From Trichlorobacter lovleyi (GTDB lineage Bacteria; Desulfobacterota; Desulfuromonadia; Geobacterales; Pseudopelobacteraceae): a stretch of DNA of 42,444 nt. The stretch covers positions 1-42,444 of the forward strand of contig DYNH01000002.1 of NCBI GenBank assembly GCA_020721175.1, in the 5' to 3' direction. Positions 17,249 through 28,723 of this stretch are shown one piece after another; within the stretch, counting starts at the first letter, position 1, and the number at the start of each line of letters is the position of its first letter. The notes below the pieces were generated by a model that saw only the letters and a program-made list of their open reading frames with translations, had not been told where the DNA came from and did no database searches. Made by a program: the position numbers and the translations under genes.

Positions 17249-17647
17249 TTACCAGACAGTGCACAAAAGTTCTCCGCCAATACCAGCGTTACGTGCGGAA
17301 GCATCTGTCATAATACCTTTAGATGTTGTCAGAATTGAGATTCCCAAGCCATTCTTTACGGTAGGAATTGACTTAGAGTCTATATACTTACGACTTCCAG
17401 GCTTGCTTATACGCACTATCTCATTAATTACCGATTCTTTTTCGTCAATATACTTGAGATATATCCGTAGATTGCCCTGACGGTTGTCCGCAATCACCTT
17501 ATAATTTTTTATAAAACCTTCTTGCTTTAACACTTGAGCAATATTTACCTTCAGGTTTGAAGAAGGTATATCTACTTTTTGCAGCTTAACCATATTCGCA
17601 TTACGTATGCGAGTTAGCATATCAGCGATGGGATCAGTCATTGACAT
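17249..17647 (-). CDS. rpsH: 30S ribosomal protein S8
   Basis: [13 protein letters not shown]; GGELLCTVW. Confidence 0.97.
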   Translation of the reverse strand: MSMTDPIADMLTRIRNANMVKLQKVDIPSSNLKVNIAQVLKQEGFIKNYKVIADNRQGNLRIYLKYIDEKESVINEIVRISKPGSRKYIDSKSIPTVKNGLGISILTTSKGIMTDASARNAGIGGELLCTVW

Positions 17648-17676
17648 CGAAACGTGCTCCTCTATTTATTTAAGCG

Positions 17677-17862
17677 TTACCAGCTTGACTTTATAACACC
17701 TGGTATCTGTCCGGCAGATGCATACTTACGTAAACAAATCCGGCACATCTGAAACTTGCGATAAAATGCTTTAGGACGTCCACAAACAGGACAACGATTA
17801 TGCTGACGTACCTTAAATTTAGGCGCGCGCTTCGACTTGTTTATCATTGAAACCTTAGCCAC
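17677..17862 (-). CDS. rpsN: 30S ribosomal protein S14, type Z (Zn-binding)
   Basis: 61 aa, [21 protein letters not shown]. Confidence 0.96.
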   Translation of the reverse strand: MAKVSMINKSKRAPKFKVRQHNRCPVCGRPKAFYRKFQMCRICLRKYASAGQIPGVIKSSW

Positions 17863-17874
17863 GAAATCCTCCCA

Positions 17875-18414
17875 CTAGTTCCTGAATGGCATCCCCATGT
17901 ATTTTAAAAGGGCTTTACCTTCTTCATCATTCTTAGCTGTTGTAACTATTGACACATTTAAACCTTTAATCTTATCAATCTCATCATAGTTGATTTCTGG
18001 AAAAATCAGTTGCTCTTTTATACCTAAAGTATAGTTTCCCTGCCCGTCGAAAGCTTTTCCAGAAACACCTTTAAAATCCCTTACCCGGGCAAGGGAAATA
18101 TTTAAGAGACGATCCAGAAACTCATACATACGATCTTTACGTAATGTAACCATACATCCAATAGGCATACCTTCACGTAATTTAAAACTTGCTATCGATT
18201 TTTTAGCCTTTGTTATTACTGCCTTCTGACCAGTTATTTTACTTAGTTCATTAGAGGCAGAATCTAATATCTTGATATTCTGTATTGCTTCACCTAACCC
18301 CATATTAACAACAATTTTTACTATTTTAGGGATTTCCATAACATTTTTATAATTAAACTCATTACGAAGTTTATTGACAACATCCGTATGATAAAGCTCT
18401 TTCAATCTCGCCAT
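17875..18414 (-). CDS. rplE: 50S ribosomal protein L5
   Basis: Start MARLKELY at 18414; [17 protein letters not shown]. Confidence 0.96.
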   Translation of the reverse strand: MARLKELYHTDVVNKLRNEFNYKNVMEIPKIVKIVVNMGLGEAIQNIKILDSASNELSKITGQKAVITKAKKSIASFKLREGMPIGCMVTLRKDRMYEFLDRLLNISLARVRDFKGVSGKAFDGQGNYTLGIKEQLIFPEINYDEIDKIKGLNVSIVTTAKNDEEGKALLKYMGMPFRN

Positions 18415-18439
18415 ATCAGATAATCCTCTCAATTGAATA

Positions 18440-18760
18440 CTATATTGAACCTTCGCATTTAGCACAAATTCGCTGTTTTTCGCCCTTCTCCAGTATCTTT
18501 GTCTTTGTGCGTACCGGCTTAGAGCATTTTTCACAAAAAAGCAGAACATTAGATGAATTAATTGCCGATTCTTTTTCTGTAATTCCACCTAGCTCATTTC
18601 CACGTGCCCTTGCATGGCGTTTAACCATATTAATACCTTCAACAATGACTGAATTCTTTTTGGGAAGAACTTGAAGTATCTTACCAGTCTTGTTTTTTTC
18701 TTTGCCACAGATGACCATTATAGTGTCACCTTTAGCTACATGAAATTTCTTTGTTTGCAT
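18440..18760 (-). CDS. rplX: 50S ribosomal protein L24
   Basis: KGDT.MVI.GK.K; [10 protein letters not shown]. Confidence 0.96.
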   Translation of the reverse strand: MQTKKFHVAKGDTIMVICGKEKNKTGKILQVLPKKNSVIVEGINMVKRHARARGNELGGITEKESAINSSNVLLFCEKCSKPVRTKTKILEKGEKQRICAKCEGSI

Positions 18761-18779
18761 CCTAATTCTCCAGTTTACG

Positions 18780-19148
18780 TTAAAGGACTTCTGGTGCCAG
18801 TGAAATTATTTTCATAAACTTTTTCGCGCGTAATTCTCTAGCTACTGGTCCAAAAATACGAGTTCCTACAGGTTCTTTTGCATTGTTTATAACGACACCA
18901 GAATTGTTATCAAATCTTATGTAAGAGCCGTCTGGACGTCCTAATTCTTTTGCTGTCCGAACTATAACGGCTTTAACTACATCACCTTTTTTTACTTTTG
19001 AATTAGGCAACGCTTCACGTACTGAACAAACTACAATGTCACCTACGCCTGCATATTTACGTTTTGACCCGCCAAGAACTTTAATGCAAAACAATTTTTT
19101 TGCACCTGAGTTATCAGCAACATCTAATATGGTCTGCATCTGAATCAT
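18780..19148 (-). CDS. rplN: 50S ribosomal protein L14
   Basis: VADNSGAK; [13 protein letters not shown]; SLAPEVL. Confidence 0.98.
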   Translation of the reverse strand: MIQMQTILDVADNSGAKKLFCIKVLGGSKRKYAGVGDIVVCSVREALPNSKVKKGDVVKAVIVRTAKELGRPDGSYIRFDNNSGVVINNAKEPVGTRIFGPVARELRAKKFMKIISLAPEVL

Positions 19149-19172
19149 GCTCTTATCCTCTCAGGGTAGACT

Positions 19173-19430
19173 CTAGTCTGCTGTCTCGATTATCTGACGT
19201 AGCGCCCATCGTTTATCTTTACTAAGTGGTCTGCATTCTACAATCTGAACTTTATCTCCGGTCTTGCAGCTATTCATTTCATCGTGAACTTTATATTTAT
19301 CACTACGTTTTATATACTTGCTGTATTGCGAGTGTTTTACAAGCCGATCAACTTTGACGACTACGGTCTTTTGCATTTTATCACTAATAACAACTCCGGT
19401 TTGTGTCCGTCTGTGTCCAATCTCACCCAT
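19173..19430 (-). CDS. rpsQ: 30S ribosomal protein S17
   Basis: [14 protein letters not shown]; [11 protein letters not shown]. Confidence 0.96.
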   Translation of the reverse strand: MGEIGHRRTQTGVVISDKMQKTVVVKVDRLVKHSQYSKYIKRSDKYKVHDEMNSCKTGDKVQIVECRPLSKDKRWALRQIIETAD

Positions 19431-19437
19431 GACAGTT

Positions 19438-19626
19438 TTAACCCCTGCTTTCTGTAAGAATGGTATTTATTCGAGCTATATCTTTACGTATTGTATAAAG
19501 TTTACCCGTATTCTCCAATCTGCCTGTGTTCAGTTGAAACTTCAGATTAAAATGCTCCTGTACCATATCAGAATATTTTTGCTTCAGATCGTCTTCTGAC
19601 ATTTTTCTCAATTCACTAGCCTTCAT
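19438..19626 (-). CDS. rpmC: 50S ribosomal protein L29
   Basis: MKASELR; FNLKFQ; [10 protein letters not shown]. Confidence 0.94.
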   Translation of the reverse strand: MKASELRKMSEDDLKQKYSDMVQEHFNLKFQLNTGRLENTGKLYTIRKDIARINTILTESRG

Positions 19627-20038
19627 TTTCTGCACCTCTGGTTATAAACTTAGTGGATATCGGGAGTTTATGAGCAGCTAATCTGAATGCCTCACGTGCT
19701 ATTTCTTCAGTAACCCCTTCCATCTCATATAGCACTGTTCCTGGCTTAACAACACAAACCCAAGAGTCTGGAGAGCCCTTACCTTTACCCATACGTGTTT
19801 CAGCAGGCTTTGAAGTTAGTGGTTTGTCGGGAAAAATGCGTATCCATATTTTACCACCACGTTTAATGAAACGGGTCATCGCGATACGAGCTGCTTCAAT
19901 CTGACGTGAATCTATCCAACCACATTCAAGGGCCTGTAAAGCAAATTCGCCATATGATATATCAACGCATCTGCAGGCAGCACCTGTCATGCGACCCTTC
20001 ATCTGTTTTCTATGCTTAACCCTTTTCGGCATTAACAT
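19616..20038 (-). CDS. rplP: 50S ribosomal protein L16
   Basis: RQIEAARIA; RMGKGKG. Confidence 0.97.
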   Translation of the reverse strand: MLMPKRVKHRKQMKGRMTGAACRCVDISYGEFALQALECGWIDSRQIEAARIAMTRFIKRGGKIWIRIFPDKPLTSKPAETRMGKGKGSPDSWVCVVKPGTVLYEMEGVTEEIAREAFRLAAHKLPISTKFITRGAENEG

Positions 20039-20056
20039 TTGTCATACTCCTGAAGC

Positions 20057-20689
20057 TTATTGTCCTGGTAAAACTTCACCTTTAAAGATTAATACTTTTA
20101 CACCTATAATACCGTACGTAGTCTTAGCCTCAGCAAAACCATAATCAATATCTGCCCTTAAGGTGTGCAAAGGAACTCTACCTTCTCTGTACCATTCAGT
20201 TCTCGACATTTCAGCCCCGCCCAGACGACCGGAACATGTAATCCGAATTCCCTTCGCACCAAATTTAAGGGAAGATGTAACGCTCTTTTTCATGGCACGT
20301 CTGAATGCTATCCTGCGTTCAAGCTGTAGTGCTACATTCTCAGCTACAAGTTGTGCATCAAGCTCTGGCTTACGGACTTCATTAATATTTATGAAGATCT
20401 CTTTGGAAGTAATTGATGCCAGATCTTTTTTCAACAGCTCAACTTCAGCACCTTTTTTACCAATAATAAGACCTGGTCTGGCAGCATGTATATTAATCTT
20501 AGTCTTATTAGCAGCACGCTCTATCTCAATCTTCGAGATTCCCGAATTATAAAGACGCTTTTTAAGATATTTACGTATTTTCAGGTCTTCATGCAGATTT
20601 TTAGCATAATCTGCTTCAGCATACCACTTAGAATCCCAAGTTTTTATAACGCCAAGTCTAAAACCAATCGGATTAACTTTTTGTCCCAA
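20057..20689 (-). CDS. rpsC: 30S ribosomal protein S3
   Basis: TTG start before [12 protein letters not shown]; [15 protein letters not shown]. Confidence 0.96.
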   Translation of the reverse strand: MGQKVNPIGFRLGVIKTWDSKWYAEADYAKNLHEDLKIRKYLKKRLYNSGISKIEIERAANKTKINIHAARPGLIIGKKGAEVELLKKDLASITSKEIFININEVRKPELDAQLVAENVALQLERRIAFRRAMKKSVTSSLKFGAKGIRITCSGRLGGAEMSRTEWYREGRVPLHTLRADIDYGFAEAKTTYGIIGVKVLIFKGEVLPGQ

Positions 20690-20705
20690 GACAACACCCC
20701 CAAAC

Positions 20706-21047
20706 CTATCTTGTTTTCGTATCAGACAGCACAACAGAAATGTGGCTTGTCGGCTTACGTATTTTACTAGCACGCCCCATAGCTCTAGGAACGAATCGCT
20801 TAAGAACTGCACCACCATCAACATATATAGACTTTACGAACAATTTATCTATATTATTTACACCTTTTTGCTCGGCGTTTGAAATTGCAGATCTCAATAG
20901 TTTATGAATTATATGTGCTGAAGGATTGGGTAAGAAAGTCAGTATATTCAAAGCTTCCTGAATAACTTTACCTCGAATCAAATCGGCAACCGTACGTGTC
21001 TTACGCGGTGACATTCGAATTAATGTCAATTTGGCACTTGATTCCAT
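20706..21047 (-). CDS. rplV: 50S ribosomal protein L22
   Basis: Start MESSAKL at 21047; SPRK.R.VADLIRG; PRAMGRA. Confidence 0.95.
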   Translation of the reverse strand: MESSAKLTLIRMSPRKTRTVADLIRGKVIQEALNILTFLPNPSAHIIHKLLRSAISNAEQKGVNNIDKLFVKSIYVDGGAVLKRFVPRAMGRASKIRKPTSHISVVLSDTKTR

Positions 21048-21063
21048 CCAGATAACTCCTTTG

Positions 21064-21342
21064 TTACTTCTTGACCTTACTTTTTTTATCAGCAGCATGA
21101 CCATGAAATGTTCTTGTAGGAGAAAACTCACCTAACTTATGACCAACCATATTCTCTGTAACGAAAACGGGTATAAACTTTTTGCCATTATGAACTGCAA
21201 ATGAGATACCGATGAACTCTGGTGTAATAGTCGAACGCCTCGACCATGTCTTCACAATTTTTTTTGAGTTAGGTCCTTCTGCGACAACTTTTTTAATCAA
21301 GTGTTCATCCACGAACGGACCTTTTTTTATAGAGCGTGCCAT
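21064..21342 (-). CDS. rpsS: 30S ribosomal protein S19
   Basis: [10 protein letters not shown]; MVGHKLGEF. Confidence 0.98.
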   Translation of the reverse strand: MARSIKKGPFVDEHLIKKVVAEGPNSKKIVKTWSRRSTITPEFIGISFAVHNGKKFIPVFVTENMVGHKLGEFSPTRTFHGHAADKKSKVKK

Positions 21343-21367
21343 GTTATAACTAGCCTCTCAAACTGAA

Positions 21368-22192
21368 TTATTTGTTTCTCTTCTTTATAATGAAGCTGTC
21401 AGATGTCTTGTTTGAACGGGTTTTGTATCCTTTAGTTGGTATACCCCATGGTGTTACCGGGTGCCTACCGCCAGAAGTTCTTCCTTCACCACCGCCGTGA
21501 GGGTGATCTACAGGGTTCATGGCTACACCTCTCACCTTCGGTCGCTTACCTAGCCAGCGAGATCTGCCAGCTTTGCCAAGATTTACATTCTCGTGATCAA
21601 TGTTGCCTACCTGACCGATTGTTGCGTAACAGTCCTGAAGGATTAATCTGACTTCGCCAGATGGTAGTTTAACCTGCGAATATTTACCTTCTTTAGACAT
21701 TAGTTGCGCGAATACACCAGCACTTCTGACTAGTTGCGCTCCCTTACCTATTTTAAGCTCGATATTGTGAATAATAGTTCCCAGTGGTATTGATCTGAGC
21801 GGTAAACTGTTGCCAGGCTTTATATCGGCGTCTGGACCGCTTATTACTGTATCACCGACTTTTAAATCCAGAGGGGCGAGTATATATCTCTTCTCGCCGT
21901 CTACATAATTCAGCAGTGCTATTCTAGCACTCCTACACGGATCATATTCTATAGTTGCAACTTTAGCCGGAATACCACGTTTATCTCTACGAAAATCAAT
22001 TATACGAAGCTTCTGTTTATGTCCCCCACCCTGATGACGAGCAGTAACTCTACCGAAATGATTCCGTCCACCAGTTTTTTTTATCTTCACTAATAGAGAC
22101 TTCTCAGGAGTTGTACATGTGATCTCTTCAAACGTTGAACACGTTTGATGTCTTCTTCCAGCAGATGTTGCTTTATAACTCTTTATTGCCAT
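21368..22192 (-). CDS. rplB: 50S ribosomal protein L2
   Basis: [17 protein letters not shown]. Confidence 0.98.
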   Translation of the reverse strand: MAIKSYKATSAGRRHQTCSTFEEITCTTPEKSLLVKIKKTGGRNHFGRVTARHQGGGHKQKLRIIDFRRDKRGIPAKVATIEYDPCRSARIALLNYVDGEKRYILAPLDLKVGDTVISGPDADIKPGNSLPLRSIPLGTIIHNIELKIGKGAQLVRSAGVFAQLMSKEGKYSQVKLPSGEVRLILQDCYATIGQVGNIDHENVNLGKAGRSRWLGKRPKVRGVAMNPVDHPHGGGEGRTSGGRHPVTPWGIPTKGYKTRSNKTSDSFIIKKRNK

Positions 22193-22224
22193 ACCTGAAC
22201 CCCGATTCAGTAATGTTTATTCGT

Positions 22225-22509
22225 TTATATTTCGAAAAAATCTATATTCTGGCCCTTCTCCAAGGTAATATAGGCTTTTTTCCAGTTTTGACGTTTACCA
22301 GATGTTCGTCCAAAACGTTTCACCTTACCACTGACATTGACCGTTCGTACTGATATAACATTGGTTTTAAATAAGGTCTCGACAGCCTTTTTAATCTCTA
22401 TCTTATTTGAACCTCTATCTACAACAAGGGTTATACTGCTGACATCATCTGTCTTTAAAGAAGTTTTCTCTGTTACCAGAGGTTTTTTGATAATAGAATA
22501 TATATCCAT
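22225..22509 (-). CDS. rplW: 50S ribosomal protein L23
   Basis: PLVTEK; WKKAYITL. Confidence 0.96.
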   Translation of the reverse strand: MDIYSIIKKPLVTEKTSLKTDDVSSITLVVDRGSNKIEIKKAVETLFKTNVISVRTVNVSGKVKRFGRTSGKRQNWKKAYITLEKGQNIDFFEI

Positions 22510-23129
22510 TATTGCAGTGCTCCTTCCACAAGTTGCACAGCTTCTTTAGTCATCACTATGTGCTTGTACTTTAGAACATCATACACGTTAAGTCCGTCAG
22601 CTTTAAGCAGCTTGACATATGGTACATTACGTGAGGAAAGATACAAATTTTTTGTAGGTTCACTCGTTATAATCAGAGTCCTGTCTAGGTCAAAGGTCTT
22701 CATAAAACTGGAAAACTCTTTAGTGGAAATTTTAGGAAACGATATTTGATCTAGTACAGTTATCCTGTCTTGTTTCAATGTAAATGATAATAAAGAACAT
22801 AATGCAGCTTTACGTGCTTTTTTATTTATTGAAAGATTATAGACCTTAGGCTGAGGCCCGAAAACTGTACCACCACCTGGGTATTGCGGAGCACGTGAGC
22901 AACCTTGACGGGCATTACCGGTTCCTTTTTGCTTGAACGGCTTTTTACCACCGCCAGAAACTTCAGCACGTGTTTTTGTTTTAACAGTACCTGCTCTTCG
23001 ATTCGCCAATTGGACTTTCAATGCCTGATGAATCAGGGACTCTTTAACTTCAACATCGAAAATCTGTTCGTTTAGTGTTACTTCACCTACTTTTTCACGG
23101 TTCATGTTGTACATATTTATTGTAGTCAT
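22509..23129 (-). CDS. rplD: 50S ribosomal protein L4
   Basis: [14 protein letters not shown]; GGGTVFGP. Confidence 0.97.
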   Translation of the reverse strand: MTTINMYNMNREKVGEVTLNEQIFDVEVKESLIHQALKVQLANRRAGTVKTKTRAEVSGGGKKPFKQKGTGNARQGCSRAPQYPGGGTVFGPQPKVYNLSINKKARKAALCSLLSFTLKQDRITVLDQISFPKISTKEFSSFMKTFDLDRTLIITSEPTKNLYLSSRNVPYVKLLKADGLNVYDVLKYKHIVMTKEAVQLVEGALQ

Positions 23130-23148
23130 TCTTTACGACTCCATCTTG

Positions 23149-23784
23149 TTACTTGGTGGCTTTAACACTATCTTTTATTAAAAGTATATTATTTTTCGAT
23201 CCAGGTACTGCACCCTTAATCATCATAAGGTTCTGATCTGTATCTACTCTTACTACCTGAAGTCGCTGCACTGTAACTTTATGGTTACCCATTTGCCCAG
23301 GCATCTTCTTGTTTTTAAAAACTCTTGATGGCGTAGCTGAGCATCCTATAGAACCAGGTGCTCTGTGAAATCTCGAACCATGTGAGGCTCTTCCACCTTT
23401 AAAATTATGACGCTTGATTACACCTTGAAAGCCTTTACCAATACTGGTACCTGCTACATCTATCAGATCACCTGGTGCAAATTGCTGAACAGTTAATTCA
23501 TCACCTATTACCAAATCGTCTGTACCTTCAAGTTTCATTTCACGTATATAGCGAAAAACGCCTTTACCTGCTTTTGTACAATGGCCTCTTTTTGCAGAAT
23601 TGACTTTTGAAGCGTTTAATAACTCAAAGCCGACTTGCAATGCTGAATAGCCATCTGATGCAACTGTTTTCTTCTGAAGTAAGATACACGGACCGGCTTG
23701 TACTACGGTAACAGGTACGCATGTGCCGTCTTCTAAAAAAATTTGAGTCATACCAAGCTTTTTAGCGATAATACCTTTATTCAT
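23149..23784 (-). CDS. rplC: 50S ribosomal protein L3
   Basis: KLGMTQIF; [13 protein letters not shown]. Confidence 0.97.
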   Translation of the reverse strand: MNKGIIAKKLGMTQIFLEDGTCVPVTVVQAGPCILLQKKTVASDGYSALQVGFELLNASKVNSAKRGHCTKAGKGVFRYIREMKLEGTDDLVIGDELTVQQFAPGDLIDVAGTSIGKGFQGVIKRHNFKGGRASHGSRFHRAPGSIGCSATPSRVFKNKKMPGQMGNHKVTVQRLQVVRVDTDQNLMMIKGAVPGSKNNILLIKDSVKATK

Positions 23785-23810
23785 AAAGACTTCCTATCTA
23801 GCTATAATCT

Positions 23811-24119
23811 CTACAACTTTATTTCGACATCAACACCAGCAGACAAATCGAGTTTCATAAGTGCATCTACAGTTTGTTGCGTTGGATCTAGAATATCTAT
23901 AAGTCTTTTATGCGTTCTAATCTCAAATTGATCTCTCGATTTTTTATCAACATGAGGTCCACGCAGAACACAATACTTATTTATTATCGTCGGTAAAGGA
24001 ATGGGGCCTGCCACCCTTGCTCCGGTTCGCTTGGCAGTATCAACTATTTCTGTAACAGACACATCAAGCAGCTTATGATCATATGCTTTAAGGCGGATTC
24101 TAATTTTTTGGCTCTGCAT
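23811..24119 (-). CDS. rpsJ: 30S ribosomal protein S10
   Basis: [10 protein letters not shown]; GPIPLPT; RTHKRLIDI. Confidence 0.98.
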   Translation of the reverse strand: MQSQKIRIRLKAYDHKLLDVSVTEIVDTAKRTGARVAGPIPLPTIINKYCVLRGPHVDKKSRDQFEIRTHKRLIDILDPTQQTVDALMKLDLSAGVDVEIKL

Positions 24120-24139
24120 CGAGATTCCTCACTTTGTAC

Positions 24140-25330
24140 TTACTCAATAATAGCACTGACAACACCAGCGCCTACTGTACGGCCACCCTCACGTATCGCA
24201 AACCTCAGACCTTCGTCCATTGCTATTGGTGTTATCAGGTTAACTGTCATCGCTACGTTGTCGCCTGGCATTACCATCTCGGTGCCTGATGGAAGTTCTG
24301 CTACACCGGTTACATCTGTCGTTCTAAAATAAAACTGAGGACGGTAACCATTGAAAAATGGTGTGTGACGGCCACCCTCTTCTTTGGTGAGTACGTATGC
24401 CTCTGCCTTGAATTTTGTGTGAGGGGTTATGCTGCCGGGCTTCGCTAATACTTGACCACGCTCTACATCTTCACGCTTGATTCCGCGTAACAAGGCTCCT
24501 ATGTTGTCTCCAGCCTGTCCTTGATCAAGAAGCTTTCTGAACATTTCTACGCCTGTTACGGTTGTCTTGGTTGTGTTTCTTATCCCTACTATTTCTACTT
24601 CTTCGCCTACCTTGATTATTCCGCGCTCTACTCTGCCTGTTGCTACTGTTCCTCGTCCTGATATCGAAAATACGTCTTCTACTGGCATCAGGAATGGACG
24701 GTCTATGGCTCGCTCCGGATCAGGGATGTAAGAGTCTACTGCGTCCATTAGTGCGTTTACAGAGTCTTCTCCAAGTTCGTCTTTATCGCCGTTTAAGGCT
24801 TTGAGTGCTGAACCTTTGATTATAGGGATGTCATCGCCAGGGAAGTCATAGCTGGAAAGTAGTTCACGTATCTCAAGCTCTACTAGCTCCAGAAGTTCTT
24901 CGTCGTCTACCATGTCAGCCTTGTTAAGGTATACTACCATGTACGGTACACCTACCTGACGCGCAAGCAGTATGTGCTCTCGTGTCTGCGGCATAGGACC
25001 GTCTGCGGCTGATACTACAAGTATCGCTCCGTCCATCTGGGCAGCGCCGGTTATCATGTTCTTGACATAGTCTGCGTGACCTGGACAGTCAACATGAGCA
25101 TAATGACGCTTGTCGGTCTCATATTCTACGTGGGCTGTTGCTATGGTGATTCCACGCTCACGCTCTTCAGGTGCATTGTCTATCTGGTCAAATGCCTTGA
25201 ATTCTGCCTGACCCTTGCCTGCAAGTACTTTAGTTATGGCGGCTGTCAGGGTTGTCTTGCCATGATCTACGTGACCAATTGTGCCGATGTTTACGTGAGT
25301 CTTGTTACGCTCAAATTTAGCCTTGCCCAT
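24140..25330 (-). CDS. tuf: Elongation factor Tu (str-operon copy)
   Basis: [21 protein letters not shown]; 396 aa. Confidence 0.98.
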   Translation of the reverse strand: MGKAKFERNKTHVNIGTIGHVDHGKTTLTAAITKVLAGKGQAEFKAFDQIDNAPEERERGITIATAHVEYETDKRHYAHVDCPGHADYVKNMITGAAQMDGAILVVSAADGPMPQTREHILLARQVGVPYMVVYLNKADMVDDEELLELVELEIRELLSSYDFPGDDIPIIKGSALKALNGDKDELGEDSVNALMDAVDSYIPDPERAIDRPFLMPVEDVFSISGRGTVATGRVERGIIKVGEEVEIVGIRNTTKTTVTGVEMFRKLLDQGQAGDNIGALLRGIKREDVERGQVLAKPGSITPHTKFKAEAYVLTKEEGGRHTPFFNGYRPQFYFRTTDVTGVAELPSGTEMVMPGDNVAMTVNLITPIAMDEGLRFAIREGGRTVGAGVVSAIIE

Positions 25331-25364
25331 TGACTGATTCCTCCTATTCTAAAATCAGCGGGTA

Positions 25365-27443
25365 TCACCCTTTTACTTTTGCGATAATTTCATCAGATAC
25401 CGATTTTGGTACCGGCTCGTAGTGATCAAAGGTCATTGTATATGTTGCACGGCCTTGTGTTGCCGACCTCAAATCAGTTGAATAACCGAACATATTAGCT
25501 AGTGGAACCATTGAACTAACGACTTGAGCACCTGCTCGCGAATCCATTCCCATTATCCGACCGCGTCTTGAATTTAAATCGCCTATTACTTCTCCCATGT
25601 ACTCTTCAGGAACAACTACTTCGACTGACATGATCGGCTCAAGTAGTATTGGTCCAGCTTTTTGACAGCCCTCTTTAAAGCCCATGGAACCAGCTATTTT
25701 GAATGCCATTTCGGATGAATCTACTTCATGATAAGAACCATCAATCAGTGTAACTTTAACATCTACAACAGGAAAGCCAGCCAAAACACCTGTGTCTGTT
25801 GCTTCCTGTATACCTTTATCAACTGCTGGTATATATTCTCTCGGAACAACACCACCCTTAATAGCATCAACAAATTCATAGCCTTTACCAGGCTCTGACT
25901 GTGGTTCAACTTCAAGCCAGACATGCCCATACTGACCACGTCCACCTGATTGCCTTACGAATTTACCTTCGACTTTAACTTTTTTGGTTATAGTTTCTCT
26001 GTATGCTACCTGTGGCTTGCCAACATTAGCTTCCACTTTAAATTCTCGCATCATCCTGTCAACTATGATCTCAAGATGAAGCTCTCCCATACCTGAAATT
26101 ATCGTCTGGCCAGTCTCTTCGTCTGTCTTTACTCTGAAAGAAGGATCCTCACTAGCAAGTTTTTGTAGTGACAAGCCCAGTTTTTCCTGATCTGATTTGG
26201 TTTTAGGTTCTATTGCTATTGATATTACAGGCTCGGGAAATTCAATTGACTCAAGTATTACAGCATGCTCTTCATCGCAGAGTGTATCACCGGTAGTTGT
26301 ATATTTAAGCCCGACTGCTGCCGCTATATCACCAGCGTAAACTTCTTTTATTTCTTCACGTTTATTGGCATGCATCTTAAGCAATCTGCCAATCCGTTCT
26401 CTTTTGCCTTTAGTTGCATTATAAACATATGAGCCAGATTGCAATACGCCTGAATAAACTCTGATGAATGTTAATTGACCAACAAACGGGTCAGTCATAA
26501 TCTTAAAGCCCAATGCAGCAAAAGGTTCTTTATCCTCTGCCTTACGCTCAACCTCGTTCGATGATTCATCCAAGCCTTTGATAGCAGGTATGTCAAGGGG
26601 GGAAGGCATGTATGCAACTACTGCATCAAGAAGATTCTGGATACCTTTATTTTTGAATGCAGAGCCACATACTACAGGTATAATCTTTATTGAAATAGTG
26701 CATGTACGGATCGCCTGAATTACTTCAGTTTCTGTCAGAGCTTCACCTGATAGGTATTTTTCCATCAAGACATCGTCATGGCTGGAAATCTCTTCTATCA
26801 GTTTTTCGCGCCACTCTTCAGCCTCTTCTAAAAGTTCTGCGGGGATATCTTCATCATGATACTTTGCCCCCAACCCTTCGTCTTCCCAGATTGTTGCCTT
26901 CATCCTTACAAGGTCGATGATTCCCTTGTAATTTTCTTCTTTACCTATAGGAATCTGTATCGGTACAGGATTGGCTTTCAGGCGATCTTTAATCATCTGA
27001 ATCCCGCGAAAAAAGTCAGCTCCTACACGATCCATTTTATTGATAAAAGCGATTCTTGGTACACCGTATTTATCGGCTTGGCGCCAAACAGTTTCTGACT
27101 GTGGCTCGACACCACCAACTGAGCAAAAAACTGCAACCGCACCATCCAGAACCCTTAATGATCTTTCAACCTCAATTGTAAAATCAACATGACCTGGCGT
27201 GTCTATTATATTAATACGGTGATCATTCCACGAACATGTAGTGGCAGCAGAAGTTATAGTTATACCTCTCTCCTGCTCTTGTTCCATCCAGTCCATTGTT
27301 GCAGTACCTTCGTGGACTTCACCTATTTTATGAGAAACTCCGGTGTAATAAAGAATACGCTCAGTAGTAGTAGTCTTTCCAGCATCAATATGAGCCATTA
27401 TCCCTATATTACGATATTTATCAAGCGGTGACAAACGTGGCAC
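25365..27443 (-). CDS. fusA: Elongation factor G
   Basis: [26 protein letters not shown]. Confidence 0.98.
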   Translation of the reverse strand: MPRLSPLDKYRNIGIMAHIDAGKTTTTERILYYTGVSHKIGEVHEGTATMDWMEQEQERGITITSAATTCSWNDHRINIIDTPGHVDFTIEVERSLRVLDGAVAVFCSVGGVEPQSETVWRQADKYGVPRIAFINKMDRVGADFFRGIQMIKDRLKANPVPIQIPIGKEENYKGIIDLVRMKATIWEDEGLGAKYHDEDIPAELLEEAEEWREKLIEEISSHDDVLMEKYLSGEALTETEVIQAIRTCTISIKIIPVVCGSAFKNKGIQNLLDAVVAYMPSPLDIPAIKGLDESSNEVERKAEDKEPFAALGFKIMTDPFVGQLTFIRVYSGVLQSGSYVYNATKGKRERIGRLLKMHANKREEIKEVYAGDIAAAVGLKYTTTGDTLCDEEHAVILESIEFPEPVISIAIEPKTKSDQEKLGLSLQKLASEDPSFRVKTDEETGQTIISGMGELHLEIIVDRMMREFKVEANVGKPQVAYRETITKKVKVEGKFVRQSGGRGQYGHVWLEVEPQSEPGKGYEFVDAIKGGVVPREYIPAVDKGIQEATDTGVLAGFPVVDVKVTLIDGSYHEVDSSEMAFKIAGSMGFKEGCQKAGPILLEPIMSVEVVVPEEYMGEVIGDLNSRRGRIMGMDSRAGAQVVSSMVPLANMFGYSTDLRSATQGRATYTMTFDHYEPVPKSVSDEIIAKVKG

Positions 27444-27472
27444 TTACTATTCCCCCGAGTCTTAATCTACAT

Positions 27473-27943
27473 CTACCAGCGATAATGAGCAAAAGCCCTG
27501 TTTGCTTCAGCCATCTTATGAGTATCTTCACGCTTTTTAACTGCAGCGCCTCTGTTGTTAAAGGCATCTAGCATCTCAGCAGCCATTTTTTCTGTCATGG
27601 TTTTCTCTGATCTAGCTGCCGAGTACTTGATTAGCCATCTCATAGCCAAGGACAAACGCCTGTCCGGCCGTACTTCAATAGGTACTTGATAGGTTGAGCC
27701 ACCTACACGTCTTGATTTCACTTCTAGTGTAGGTTTAATGTTGTCGAGACATTTTTTTAACGCCTTAACTGCTTCTTCACCAGATTTAGTCTCTACTATA
27801 TCAAGCGCTTTATACAGTATTGATTCGGCAACACTCTTTTTTCCGCCCACCATCAGGATATTTATTAGTTTAGCGACTGTTTTATCGCTGTATTTAGGAT
27901 CTGGCAAAATGATACGTTTCGGCACTTCACGTCTTCTAGGCAT
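27473..27943 (-). CDS. rpsG: 30S ribosomal protein S7
   Basis: [11 protein letters not shown]; [13 protein letters not shown]. Confidence 0.98.
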   Translation of the reverse strand: MPRRREVPKRIILPDPKYSDKTVAKLINILMVGGKKSVAESILYKALDIVETKSGEEAVKALKKCLDNIKPTLEVKSRRVGGSTYQVPIEVRPDRRLSLAMRWLIKYSAARSEKTMTEKMAAEMLDAFNNRGAAVKKREDTHKMAEANRAFAHYRW

Positions 27944-27978
27944 AACTTACCTCTCTAAAATTCTTGAACAACAAGTAA

Positions 27979-28350
27979 TTATTTCGGACGTTTGGCACCG
28001 TACTTGGATCTCGCTTGCTGACGTCCCTTGACACCAACTGAATCTAGCGTACCTCTGACTATATGATACCTAACGCCTGGCAGGTCTTTAACCCTGCCAC
28101 CCCGTATTAAAACTACAGAATGCTCCTGAAGATTATGACCGACACCAGGAATGTAAGAAGTCACCTCTATTCCATTAGTCAGCCGTACACGAGCAACCTT
28201 ACGTAGCGCAGAGTTGGGTTTTTTAGGTGTAGTTGTATATACGCGAGTACACACACCTCTTTTTTGAGGACAACTCTTAAGTGCGGGGGCGGTTGATTTA
28301 TCTCTTTTCTTTTCTCTACCCTGACGTATCAACTGATTGATAGTTGGCAT
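27979..28350 (-). CDS. rpsL: 30S ribosomal protein S12
   Basis: [11 protein letters not shown]; [10 protein letters not shown]. Confidence 0.98.
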   Translation of the reverse strand: MPTINQLIRQGREKKRDKSTAPALKSCPQKRGVCTRVYTTTPKKPNSALRKVARVRLTNGIEVTSYIPGVGHNLQEHSVVLIRGGRVKDLPGVRYHIVRGTLDSVGVKGRQQARSKYGAKRPK

Positions 28351-28613
28351 ATATGTACTTTTCTCCCGGCATTAAATGCATTCCGCTTTAAAGCGCTTCA
28401 ATTCATTATAATAAATGAATAAAATTGATTGATATGTATTCTATACAACAACAAAATCTATAATTCAGATATTCTTAGTATTGAGCCTTATTCAAGATGC
28501 ATTAATATTGGTGGGGGATGGAATAGTTGAAGGGCCGGAATTTTACCGGCATCTCCATCCGCGTTTGCAGTATTAACAACTGCTATACATCTAGCTCTTA
28601 ATTTGAGAGGTTG

Positions 28614-28653
28614 AAATTACTAAAACTAAAACTTGCTGTCAACCTTTTTTTTT
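28614..28653 (-). promoter_or_regulatory. str-operon sigma70 promoter with UP-like A tract
   Basis: Minus strand A-tract, TTGACA (28642-28637), 17-bp spacer, TAATTT (28619-28614). Confidence 0.65.
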
Positions 28654-28662
28654 ATAACAACC

Positions 28663-28701
28663 AAAAAAGTGTGGAGAGAGATTAGTCGCGCCCCCTCCAC
28701 A
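28663..28701 (-). terminator. rpoC intrinsic terminator
   Basis: Minus strand GTGGAGGGGG..CTCTCTCCAC followed by ACTTTTTT. Confidence 0.75.
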
Positions 28702-28723
28702 GGATTGTTCCACTACTCTACTT

